Positions 1-12,900 of a stretch of DNA of 64,000 nt are shown here, piece by piece (the first letter of the stretch is position 1; each line of letters starts with the position of its first letter). Location of the stretch: positions 26,164,001-26,228,000 of the forward strand of contig NC_092674.1 in NCBI RefSeq assembly GCF_964355755.1, written 5' to 3'. The notes under the pieces were generated by a model. The model saw nothing but the letters and a program-made list of their open reading frames with translations, was not told the origin of the DNA and made no database searches. A program made the position numbers and the translations under genes. Origin of the DNA: Antedon mediterranea. Taxonomy: Eukaryota > Animalia > Echinodermata.

Positions 1-39
1 TAGTTTAATAAAGGGACTTTTGCTAACTAGCATTAGTTT

Positions 40-603
40 ACAGTAGAACTCCTCCTAGTTAGTATTCAGGGGGAACTTCTCCTATTATTTAGAGGAACCC
101 CCTCCTAGTATTCAGAGGAACCCCTCCTACAGTAGTATTCAGGGAAACCCTTCGTACAGTAGTATTCAGGGAACCCCTTGTACAGTAGTATTCAGGGGAA
201 CCCCTCCTAGTATTCAGGGGGAACCTCTCCTAGTATTCAGAGGAATCCCTCCCAGTATTCAAGGGGACCGCTCCTACTATTCAGGGGAACCCCTCTTGTA
301 GTATTCAGGAGAACAACCTCCTAGTATTCAAGGGGAACCCCTCCTAGTATTCAGGGGGAACCTCTCCTAGTATTCAGAAGAACCTCTTCTAAATTCTAAA
401 GTAGAATTCAGGGGAACCCCTCCTACAGTAGTATTAAGGGGAAACTCCAATTAAGAGCATTCTCCTGTGAAAAATAATGTTATATATTGTTAAACCAGAG
501 AGTTGTTATTTGGCTAGTTAAACTTAAACTTTATGCCCAGCCAGCCCCTAGTATGGAGATACTTTTTTTGTATGAAGGTATCACTTAATAGAGGGTCTAC
601 TGT
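40..603. mobile_element. Tc1/pogo-type MITE remnant with internal ~23-bp minisatellite (TAGTATTCAGGGGAACCCCTCC, ~45-445)
   Basis: The left end TA-CAGTAGAACTCCT and right end AGAGGGTCTACTG form an imperfect inverted pair. Degenerate tandem 22-29-bp units lie inside. Confidence 0.55.
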
Positions 604-1326
604 TTACAGTACAACAGAAAATCAAAATAAATCTGTTGAAATATGTTTTCAATTGAATTTTCGCTCAGTCTCAATCTGAGGATTTTGTATTGAATACAAT
701 AGATTTTCTCTTAAAATCCTGACAGGTATAGAGCCTCTCATATAACTAGATAATAATGCCATTATAATATCTATAGTGTCAATGATTTAAAATCAAAAGT
801 TCAAATATAATGATATGGTACATTACACAATCTATTCTTCTATTGTTTATAGTACCAGCATAATTTTAGTTGACATTTTATTATCCCAATGAAACAATCA
901 TCCATTTAATTAGTATGGAACAGGAATGTTACAGCATTAAAGCCAGGGTTTAAAGAAAGGTCTGGCTTTTGATTAAATTATGATTATATTAAAAACTGGC
1001 AAGTTATTCAAATTTGATATCTGGTCATAAAATATTCAATCAATCACTTGGAACACAAACAAAATGACAGAAATGAACAAACACAGTCATAAATTCCAAT
1101 TTACATACACTATTAAATAAACTAAACATGATGATATCAGATTTAACAAACACGTTCTACCTGGACTGAAAAAAAGGTTGTTGACATTTCAAAGTATTCA
1201 TCATCAATAAAATAATATTTCTATGACATGGATTTTATTTCTTCGTATGACACATTTTCCATTCAACTTGCTGTGCATTTTATAAGTCAATATTATTTAT
1301 ATGATATAGTACTAGTTATAATGTGA

Positions 1327-1396
1327 CCAAGGCAATCTAACAACAGGATGCTGAGCTCCAGATATCAAAGGGTTTAACTATGGCTGCGACACGATC
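1327..1396 (+). repeat. Dispersed repeat fragment with an inverted copy at ~10262-10332 in an AASDH intron
   Basis: CAAGGCAAT..CAACAGGATGCTGAGCTC..ATCAAAGGG..TGGCTG.GACACGAT matches the reverse complement of 10262-10332. Confidence 0.65.
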
Positions 1397-2073
1397 AGTA
1401 CCAAGCCCTTTAAAAGATACTGCGCCACGGATGATATGTACATACTTTAGTACAGACTGTTGGTATTTGTCGCAGCCAGACATAAGATCAAAGGACTGTT
1501 CCGAACTTGGCAAGGCGAGCTCAGTGGCCTGTTTTTGTGACTTTAACCTACAGAATGTACTATACAGTACTGTAAACAATTGCAATTATAATAATAAATT
1601 TAGTATAATAGAATATAAACGCATTAATTGCTGTACATTGATTGTTTTCACTGCAATGCACTACAGTAATCTCAAATTGGAAAGTGGTCTAATTAGAGTG
1701 ATAACGTTGATGACTTACAAATAATAAATTTAAACAATTTTAAAGGCAAAGTGCAGTTGGTAAATAAAATACTGTATAAAGTATTTGGAGCTTTTTAAAC
1801 AACATGTTAGGGAAAAATGACTCAAATATATCGATAGCATAGAAATTTAACTGACAAATTAAGACATGAAAGTAGGCTGATAAATAATGTTTCCATGAAC
1901 TGCTAAGCCCACTTAATACATGCTGTAATTTATCATCCAATTGTGGGGGCGATGAAAGATGATTCAGTCACTAGCCAATTGACACATTTCAAGTTGTGAA
2001 AAATGAAGAGCTTTAAATGTTGCTACATACATACAACATTCTAATGTTGCTATGTGTTAGTGGAACATGTAAT

Positions 2074-2830
2074 ACAGTGAAATCCCTATTAAGAGGACAG
2101 CTTTGAGACCAAATAATGTTTCCCTGAATAGGGGGGGGGGGGGGATGTTGTTCCTCATTCATTTCATGCAATAATTAGGCGTACCCTTTAATCTTTTAAT
2201 AACGGTGTACCTATCAATAGGGGTGTTACAGTACAGTACTTGTATCTTTCAATAGGGGTGTACTGTACTTTACCCTTTAATAGGGATATATCTTAATTTA
2301 TAACAAATCTTTCAATAGGGGTGTATCCTTCAATAGGGGTGTGTATCTTTCAATAGGGGTGTACCCCTTAATAGGGGTGTGTACCCTTTAATAGGGGTGT
2401 ATATCTTTCAATTGGGATGTACCCTTTAATAGGGGTGTGTACCATTTAATAGGGGTGTGTACCCTTTAATAGGGATGTGTACTCTTTAATAGTGTACAGT
2501 ACCATAGAGATATTATAGTTAAATATTCACTATATAATATCTCTATGGGTGTACCAATTAATAGGGGTGTACCAATTAATAGGGGTGTACCAATTAATAG
2601 GGGTGTACCAATTAATAGGGATGTACCAATTAATAGGGATGTACCAATTAATAGGGATGTACCAATTAATAGGGATGTACCAATTAATAGGGATGTACCA
2701 ATTAATAGGGATGTACCAATTAATAGGGAGGTACCAATTAATAGGGGTGTACCAATTAATAGGGGTGTACCAATTAATAGGGGTGTACTGTACAATTTAA
2801 TAGGCGTGTCCCAAAGGAGGCGTTCTATTG
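2074..2830. mobile_element. Tc1/pogo-type MITE expanded by 18-bp (GTACCAATTAATAGGGGT, ~2550-2790) and 21-23-bp (~2180-2490) minisatellites
   Basis: Left end TA-CAGTGAAATCCCTATTAAGAGGACA, right end GTGTCCCAAAGGAGGCGTTCTATTG-TA. About 13 near-perfect 18-mers; the ORFs here are repeat translations. Confidence 0.65.
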
Positions 2831-3400
2831 TACAGTGCTCTAGTCTTTTGAAAACTAAGATTGACATAGTGGTTATTAAGTTTGAGAAAATTGTGTTTGT
2901 TTCTTTTTTCTTATTTTAATCAACTGATTAAAGATAAACATTTTCAACTACCGTAATCATAATTTGAGAAGATAAGTTCTGTAAAATGATATTTGTATCA
3001 AAATCTGCATGTACTGTATGTATTCTATGATCCAGTATCGTACAACATAATTGAAATACATAGTAAACAAGATACCAATTTGTTTCTTTGCAATCATATA
3101 GTAGTACAGTATCATCTTTAATCAATATCAAATGTAGATAGAAGGTAAAAAAAAAGTCTATGAGTGGGTGCTAGCTAATAATAGGACTTCTCTTCTCAGC
3201 AAAATGCAAATTATAACAAATATAATTCAATGTTTTATTCATGATATTGCCATTGATTACTTATTGTAAGTAAACAAATTGAGTAGGATGAAGAAATCAA
3301 CACAACAAACATTGAAAATCCCCACTCAAACATTGAAAATCCCCACTCAGACATTTAAAATACACCACTCATATTGTTCACCTTTTTTGTAATGTATTTT

Positions 3401-3672
3401 GAGGACATGTGGCAAAGTGTGTTGACGTTTACTGATCATGGTTCAAATCCAACTCTAGCCGCATTAGTTGTATCCTTAGGCAATACATTTGCCTCTCTCC
3501 ACCCAATTGTATAAAATAGGTACTGGTTAGATCAAGACACAACTTTGCGCTGATCACTAGCTGCATTATTATGGGAGTATTTTTCCATACGCGTTTGATC
3601 CAAAAAATTCCGGGATGTGCAGCGCATTGAGAGCTTCTTTATATGCACTATATAAGAATGAACTATTATTAT
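3401..3672 (+). mobile_element. tRNA-derived SINE with CORE-like central region
   Basis: A-box-like TGGCAAAGTG, B-box GGTTCAAATCC, central TTGTATCCTTAGGCAA..CCTCTCTCCACCCA and a (TTA)n tail. Collinear with the copy at 12901-13197. Confidence 0.75.
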
Positions 3673-5142
3673 ATTTTCTGAACTAAATAATTGTTCAATT
3701 GGTCTGAAAATCTTCAATAAGATTATTACAATCAATTCTGTAAATTGTCCACTGATAAAAATATTATTTGATTTCAGTATTTATGAATAATGCATAAGAT
3801 TATGACTAGGAATGAGTGGGATGAATTCATAATGATTGAGAATTACTGTTTACTTTAGAAATAAAGTCAATTTGGTTCATTTAATATGGTCTGCTTCAGA
3901 TGGCAATAATAGATGAATCACGCGATTAAAATGACCGTGACTACAATTTTCAAATATACTGTATCACCCGAAGAATCAATATTTATTTTTAGGAATATTA
4001 TCTTTCTTATTATCTCATAAATATGCATTGGATAGTGTGTTAAAATAAACATTCACCATATTTTGTCTTGGAAATAATAACTTCATACAGTAAGGATGCT
4101 CTTACATAGTAATATGGGTTAATTAATAAGTGCTGGTTGTATACAGTTAGTGATAAGAGTACTGTATGCCTAAGAAAAGTATCAATTTTAAAGGGTGCGC
4201 TAATCTACTAGGGGTGCCCTAATGTTCTAGGGGTACCCTCAAATTAAGTGTTGGCTCAATGTTGAGATCTCTTTTGAGTATATCAATTGTGTTTCCTATT
4301 GTTAAAATACTGATATTTCTATATAATACTTTCTGGAAATGGTTGACACATACTGTACAGTACTGTGGTTTCATTTGAAGCAATCAGGAAATTTAAATCA
4401 GAATATCAGTTAATATAAAGGTATATTATCAAGAGTCTAAAAATACAGAAAATAATTCTGCACTAGAAATTCTGATATATTTTTATATAATAATGACAGT
4501 ACAGAATACTTTGTGATGTGCCCAAATATAGTAGTGATATTCTCAAATATGGCAGTGATACTGTACTGTATGACATCACATTATTTTTTCACATACTGTA
4601 ATGTTTGAAAAAACATCTGTGTGAAATAGAAAAATATACAGTACAGTAATTACTAGACTACAAAGGATTATTATAAAAAAAACATTTTTTTCAGAGATGC
4701 CAAGGGAAACTGGTTATTAAAGCCGATTTTCCACTAGGCGAATTTGTTCGCGCGAATCGAAAGCGTCATGCTATGCGCATGCGTATTCAAGTTTCTGTCT
4801 GTCATACTCCCTTCTGCGACGAATTCTTGTTCCTTTGATTTTTCGCTTCAGCGAAATTTACTAGTTCGAATTGTTTCTACTTTTTGCGAAGCGAAATATT
4901 GCGCAACCAATCAGAGCTCAGGAGATGAGCTATGACGCTTTCAAGAGCACTCATGCGAATCGAAATGCTCAGCAACCACGCGACAGTTTTACCCGATCAC
5001 CCAAGGAAATTTCATTTGCATATTTTGTACAGAAACCTGATTAAATATACTGTAATTCTGGCTCAGTGCAAACGTAGCTTATTTATCCCCTAATATGGGT
5101 AACTTGGCATCTCTGATTTCTTGCAATGACTGACATACGTAC

Positions 5143-5951
5143 ACTGATAATAACTAAGATCACTGTTTGGACACACCATATACATCTCTTTGCCTTCCTC
5201 CATACTTGAATCCCATTTTACTCGAAAGTCTGAATCGTGTAATACATCATACATTACGGACGCTGATACATCTGAAAATACTTTATGTGCCTGAAATTTA
5301 AAATGAAAAAAAATCATTTGCCAGATCATGAAAAGTTATTTTTGTACTGTAAAAAATAAACATTCAGTCTATACATTGTTTATTATCCGGCACGTTTTTT
5401 TATAGCTAAGCTGTATAAAACTTTACTGATTTATTAATAAATACTCACTGTAAGTGTAAGTCAGTTAAAAAATAAAATATAATTTCCCATAAGAATTTGC
5501 TGGTATTATAGATTACGGCAATAAATAACATGTATAAATATGCAACAATGGTGCAAAGAAAGGATAAAACATAAAGAAAAACCACACATACACACAAATT
5601 GTAGGCTAGGCTACAGTATGCCAGTAATAATATTAATAGAGAGTGATACTGATAGATGTCTGGTTTTTAACCTGGCTTGTCACCATAGCTTTAGGCCTAG
5701 GTAGGTAGTCTAGGCTAAACCAAAATTCTTCAGATCAATAAAAAACGTCACCAATTATAAAATATGTACATTTAACGTAAAAATCTAACTTAACATACCT
5801 TAAACATTTTGGAAGAAGTATCTGAATTTTTAGCCCAAACTTTTGTTCCATTTTTGCTGTATTTTTCTGTCCACCCGTCAACACTGTCTGCTAAATTGCG
5901 AAAAACTTTGAAATCGCTGTCTTCGGGGTATTTAACTTCTCCGACTGCCAT
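5143..5951 (-). CDS. START-domain lipid-transfer protein (STARD10/PCTP-like), first two coding exons 5951-5799 and 5290-5143; remaining exons not found in the window
   Basis: Exon 1 reads MAVGEVKYPEDSDFKVFRNLADSVDGWTEKYSKNGTKVWAK, with a GTATGT donor. Exon 2 reads AHKVFSDVSASVMYDVLHDSDFRVKWDSSM...DLSYY, containing the START YDVLHD..R.KWD motif. Splice phases are compatible. Confidence 0.8.
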
Positions 5952-6129
5952 CGCTGAATTTATAAACAACTTACAATAACATTTATATTATCCTTTAGAA
6001 CAATACTATTAAAAGTATTAGTAACTTCTGTGAATCCAATAACTGGTATTTTAGTAGAGTTTTCTCAACTTTTTCCTGTGTGAGTGAGCAATTAATGACA
6101 ACAACCCTAAAATACTTCACACAAATTAC

Positions 6130-6480
6130 CTTTACAAATGCAATTTTGCCACCTCAACAACCACTGCTTGGATTTTTGTTTCCAGATTTCGGCCCTCTCT
6201 TGTTAAGTTAATTATAGATGGCGGTATTCTCATTTTGGATAATTCCTTTTTTCTTTAAATCATCCGTGATTAAAATGACTGTTTTACAACTAAAAAAAGC
6301 CTCATTTATTTAATTGCAAATGACTTGAATACAAAATGAAGCGCGCATTTACTGACGCACTTCCTACGCACATTATCTACGCACTTCCGATATACTTACG
6401 CGCCTGGCACGCATGCAGCCCGCCCTCAATGTTTGATAAAAGTGCACCAAAACAAAAACATGGTCGTCCGTCGGAAGACC
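6130..6480. promoter_or_regulatory. Putative bidirectional promoter between the START gene and AASDH
   Basis: Divergent start codons ~1 kb apart. A local CpG-rich patch carries ETS-like CACTTCC twice, NRF1-like GCACGCATGC and YY1-like ATGGCGG/AACATGG. Confidence 0.55.
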
Positions 6481-6973
6481 AATAAATAGAGCAAAGCAGT
6501 TAAAAACAGTAAAAATATGGTGTAGTTTATGCTTTGATTTTAAAGATTGATATACGATACGATTCAGTAAAGTTTAGTAAAGAGTTCAGAAGTAATACAT
6601 CTTTAGTTGCATTAATTGTTAAGCTGTATACAGATGTTAAAGCTAGGCTATGGTTAGCTAGGCCAATCAATGGCAATATCGAAAACAACTTTGCCGAGGA
6701 AAGCCGTTTTTTACCGCGGGGCATATTCTCAAGTAGGCCTATGTATTATATTAGACAAATCTCAGTTTAATAAATTATATTATATTTTTAGAAACATCGA
6801 TTTTGATTATATTTTGTATTATATATTTTTATAAAATTATATAAATTAAATTCTAGGCCTATATTTATTTTATTTTTTTTTATATTAATGTTCAAGCTAT
6901 GCTATGCTTGTTATTAATTACCATTTTGACTTTTCTTTTATATCAGATATGAACTACAGTATTGTTTCTCAAA

Positions 6974-9900
6974 ATGCAGAAATCACTCAACCTGTGTAGT
7001 CTTTTTGACGAGGGATGTGCTAAAAATAACCAAAACATTGCTGTTTGTATGCTGACAGAGAAAGAGTTACTTAACACCACATATTCTAAACTATCAGAAC
7101 TTTCTAAAGTAATAGCATCTGTACTGAGACAATACAGTTGTATTGGAAAGTTTATTGGTATCATTGCATCACCTTCAATTCACATTCCTGCTATTATTTT
7201 AGGGTGTGTATGCCTTTTATTGTCACACAAAGTTCTAAAAATCAGATTAAAATCAAATACTATATTTCAATACAATACAGTTTTATCATCCTTAACAACA
7301 ATACTATTATTTTTAAAACTTTTATACAAATTATTTATGGCAAAAACAAATTCTTATCCCCTACTGAAATTATTACTTTTTTTACAATTAATGAAAATAT
7401 TTGTATTCAGTAAACAAAATTTAAAGAATCATTATCGAAAATGCATGATTTTGGTTGTCAAGCGTTCAAAGGTATGGTAAACATTGACTGGATTTTTTTA
7501 ACTCACTTTAATCATAAAATCGTGGACATAAATTTAAACTTTTTTATTTGGCCTCTGCATTATTAATGTTTATTTTTACTGACGGAAAACTTGATCAGTA
7601 TTAGCAGTATTTTTTGCTTGATATTTTTAAATGTTTTTTTTCACAGGATCCTGAATGCGCCAGCTTGTTTCGTTCCAGTAGACCTTTTGCCAGATACCGC
7701 CCTCAACAGTCTCGGCATTGATTACATGATCTGTACAAACCGTGATTCCCGGGTATTAACATCATAAAATAGATATTATTTCAAAATAAATACATTTTTC
7801 AAAATGTTTGTGTCCTCCTGTAAAGCCCTGTCTACACTATCAAACTAGTTTGACAAAAAATGTGAGGTGCCCAAATATGGTAGCGATATGACATCATCGT
7901 GCCCAACACATCTTTTTTTCACATAAAGTTTGATAGTGTAGACAGAGCTTAACCATCAACATAGTTTTGAAATTGTTTTCCAGATAATCTTAGAACGTTT
8001 TCATATGAAGCATGTGGAATCACCAGCACTTGTCCCATATCAACTTGTATTGATGATGCGCACTACAAATATTACTCAACTAGAATCAAAACATAATTGT
8101 CAAATAGCATATGCAATGCACACGTCAGGCTCCACTGGAACACCGAAAGTGGTACGGGTACCTCACAAATGTATTGTACCTAATATTATGAGTTTAAGGT
8201 AAAAAGCTCTGTCAACACTATCAAACTTTATGTGACAAAAAAATGTGATGATGATGATTTGGGAATATCACTACCATATTTGGGAATATCACTACCATTT
8301 TTGGGAATATCATTACCATATTTGGGGATATCGCTACCATATTTGGGCACATCACATTTTGATTTTTCAACTAGTTTGATAGTGCAGACAAAGCTTTACA
8401 CATTAGAACCCTGTCTTTGGTCACTTCTGTTCTTGTATAATGAATGAGGGGAAATATAGTTTAACACTACAGCTAATAAAGGAAAATCCCTAATAAATGG
8501 ACACTTTGTTGGGTCCCTGAGATGTCCCCTTAATAGGTGTTCTTTTCACATTATCTTTTCACTGGAAAAAAGACAGATATATCGACAGTGTGGAGAGAAG
8601 ATATATACAGCGATTTTGCCAAAATGGTTTCTTTCTCTTTAATTTTCAAATCCCTATATTTTTGTTATCAACCTTCCAGATCTAAATTAAACGTGAGTAG
8701 TCAAGATGTAGTTTTTATGGCATCACCTTTAACCTTTGATGCTAGTATTGTGGAGATGTTTCTGGCCTTGTCTACTGGAGCAACATTATTTATGGTTTCT
8801 ATGACAACAAAGTTGATGCCGAGGAAGCTGGCTAAAGTTTTACAAGACAACAGTGTCACAATCATACAGGTACAAAAAATATAAATCAAAATCAATGATG
8901 TTTTTAATCTACTAAACTTAAACACATCACAACAGCAGACATAAATTTATATTTTATTTTTTTTTTAAATTAGGCAACACCAAGCCTTATTTTCAGATTC
9001 GGACCAGACCTCTTAAAGAAAACCATTCTAAGTAGAAGTACAAAGCTCCGTGCATTGATACTAGGAGGAGAGCCATGTCCAGTGCCGGCTGTGATAGCCG
9101 AATGGAAAGAGGAAGGAAATACAACAGAGATCTGGAATATATATGGAATAACAGAAGTTTCAAGTTGGGCTACACTGTACAAAATAGCAGAAAAGGATAT
9201 TAAGAACAAAGTGAATAAAAGGTATGTTATTTTATCTTAATCAATGGTCTCTATCTATGGACCACTTGTTGCTGTTTCAGCTCTTTATAACTATTCAACT
9301 TATACTGTTTCTGTTAAATTTCTTCGCTTTCTTGATTTTTATTTTGACAATGGAGTGTGCCACTTGGTGAACCATTGGATGGAACAGTTCTTCAAGTCAG
9401 GAACGATAGAGGGCAGGCTATAACATCTGGAAAAGGACAACTCTACATAGGTTTGTTTTTAAGAATATTGTTTTAAAACAATCCTTGAAAAACATTGTTC
9501 TTTCATTTTTATTTTTTTATTTCATAAGCATCCAACAGCGAGAACAAACTCGCCAATTATAGGATGGATAAACTATTTAATAATTTATCATGCTTATAAG
9601 CTAAGTCTCATTTGAGGCTTAGGGAGTGGAGTTTAAAGAGTCGTGAGTTTAGTTGGCACTAGGTCAGGATTGAACCTAGGATTTTGGGATTGGCAAGTAT
9701 GGTAACCACCAAGCTACAGCTCTACTATTGTCATATATAATAAATGTTTCCATAGAAACAAGAACATCATCTATCTGTAGACTATCACAAAATACAATGT
9801 TTAGCTTAGCTCACTGAAACATGTTGCAAATGAGGTTAAATTAAATACAATTCTACTTTCGCAATCAGGTGGAGAGGAAAGAGTCTGCTTGCTAAATGAC

Positions 9901-12900
9901 GAAGATGTCATTATACCGAGGACAATGAGAGCAACTGGTGACATTGTTGAATTGTCACCTGAAGGTCTATTGTATATTGGCAGGAAAGATCACCAGATCA
10001 AAAGAAATGGACAGCGTATTAATCTGTCACAGCTATCAGAGGTACCAAATATTTGGTTAAATGCTACACATACAATCAGTCATCACATAGTAGAAACCCT
10101 ATTCAAGGGAAAAATCCTATTAAGTGGACAATTTCCCATGTCCTTCTAATGCTGGTTCTACTGTTATGTGGAGGGCAGCAAAGGCTGATGATGATGTATG
10201 GAAAATAATTAATGACATGATTTTTGTTTAGGTTTAGATGCTACACAAACAAACAGTAATAATCGTGTCACAGCCACAGATAATCCCTTTGATCTCCAGA
10301 GCTCAGCATCCTGTTGTTGTCCTATTGCCTTGCTTCTATTAAGGGTCAATTTCCCATGTTCCCTTTAAAAAATATAAACCTTGAAACCTAAATACTACTG
10401 ATAATTTTGACAAAAACCGAAATAATTACAATAAGGTAACTATCTACAAAACAGAGTATATATAAACAATAGAAAGGAATTCAAAGTAAAAGATACATGA
10501 TTTTATTTATTTAGGCAGTATCATCAGTTTCACTATTCACAAGTAGCTGTATTCTACAAGAACCAAGCACCAATAAACTGTTGCTGTTTGTTATACCAAA
10601 TACAAGCAAAGCACAACCATCAGTAGATTCTGTATACCAAGAGTTAGAAAAAGCTTTACCCAGGAATTGTATTCCTGATGCTATCCACATCCTGGATGAA
10701 CTACCAATGACAAAGCATGGGAAAGTGGATACTAAGAAGCTGCTAGCTCAAAGGGAGGTTGCAAGAAGTGGGGTTGCTGGAGAAACGATATCTGATGAGG
10801 AGCTGCGAAAGATTTGGAAGGTATGACTAACATTTGAAGGGCGATACAGTAGAATCTCTTTTTGAATTGCTGTAGTCTACATTATCAAACTAGTTTGACA
10901 AAAAAGTGTGATGTGCCCAAATGCAGTAGTGATATGACATCATCATGTCCATATATGGGCACATCACATTTTTTGTCATAACAATTTGGTAGTGTAGACA
11001 GAGCTCAAGACATTTGATACATACAAAAAGAAAACACATAAAAGACATATAAACAAGTTAGAATATCAAAGGAACCTAGGAATATGCATGTTCTGGAAGC
11101 TGGAGTTGAAGGGTCACACCATTCCTGGTGATAGGATCTCTTGACCCTTCTTAGCACACTTCACTTTTGTGTTGTTTATTTTTTAAATTAATGTTTTCCT
11201 GAAGGGATAAGATAGAATTTTCTGAAAATAAAAGAATAATAATAATAAATAATAATAATAATAATAATAATTTAATAATCATAAATACATTATTTTATTA
11301 TTAAAATAATATATATCTGGAAATCATGGAATGTCTAGTTTTAATAGAGAATTATTTCTCTTCATTATGACATTGTAATCATTTTTTCAAATGTAATTTT
11401 GGTATAAGAAAGGTCATTGAAAATCATGGAAATTAATTCTTGAGAAATTGTATAAACCTTGATATATACTCGCATATTTTCATTTCATATTATAATTTAT
11501 TACAGCATTATTGTTGTAATATCTTTCAAATTAAAATTGATATTCATAGCTGTTAAGGGTTTTAAATTAATCTTATAATACCACATAAAACATAATAAGC
11601 ATGTTATGCTTCAGTTGCGTCATGTGTCCTATCAAATTTAATTTGTTGGTACATAAACTAAATTGTATGTTGTGTTCTAACATTCTCATGATTAATACAA
11701 TGTGATATACTACTGACAGGCCAACCCTTGAGACAATTCAAATTACAATCTAAAGATTGTCTAGAATATCAAACTAGTGTGATGTGCCCAAATATGGTAG
11801 TGATATGACATCATCGTGTCCATATATGGGCACATCATATAAGTTTGATGGTGTAGGCAGGACTTTAGTAAAATTTTACCTTAACCTCATAATATTAGGT
11901 ACAATACATTTGTGGGGTACGCGTGCTACTTTCGGTGTTCCAGTGGAGCCTGATGTGTGCATTGCTGATATAGGCACATCCCAATTTTTTTGTCACAAAG
12001 TTTGGTAGTGTGGACAGAGCTTTAAGACTAACATCATTTCTACTTCTGTAATTATATCTTGAATATCAATCAAATTCTCAGTTTAAAATGTCACTTAATG
12101 TTTACCTTATAGTATTACTATTAATTGTCTGACATTTATCACTTCATCTCTTTCAGGATGTTCTACAAATTAAGAGTGAAATTAACGATGATAGTAATTT
12201 TATTTTACTCGGAGGCGATTCTTTCCAAGCTATCAGACTATTAAATCAAATTGAACTAGTTACAAGGCAGTCTGTACCAGATCTATTAGATTACATACTT
12301 CATAACAAATATCATGAAATATTTGAACTTATAAAGAAAAATGTCTCAAAGAAAACCACATGTAAACTATTGACCAATCACAGTGCTGCAGAAAAAGGAT
12401 GTTCAGTTTTACATGGATTGTTTTCAGATAATGTTCAAGATAAACTGTTAAACCCAGACACAGAAAATAAGAATAACTTAAAGACCACATGTAAGGTAAC
12501 TACCAATCAAAATGCTGAAGCAACAGGATGTTTAATTTCACATGGATTGTTGTCAGATACTGTACCAGATAAATTAAAAAATTTGGATACAGAGAATGAA
12601 AGGAAAAGAAGCATGAGTTCAGTAACAGATAATTTAAATAAATCAAAACAATTAAAAACAGATAATACAATTGCATCAAATAGTTGTACATTTTCAGATG
12701 ATAAAAAAGTATGTCGTGGTTCACAGAGAATAGTGCAATATACAGACAAGATTATATTAGAATGTAATAATAGGACTAGAAAAAGGAGTCAAGGAACGGT
12801 GTCTATTAAGGAGAGGTGGAAATATGACACAGCCAAATGCATTGATGCATCACCACTATTGGTTTATAAAGATGGGTAGGTAATCTATCAATCTATATAA

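Noticed and set aside
2466-2919. ORFs with repeating GVPINR / TPLLIG / YQLIG peptides, and a CRISPR-like appearance
   Set aside because: These are translations of an 18-bp minisatellite. There are no unique spacers or cas genes, and the context is eukaryotic.
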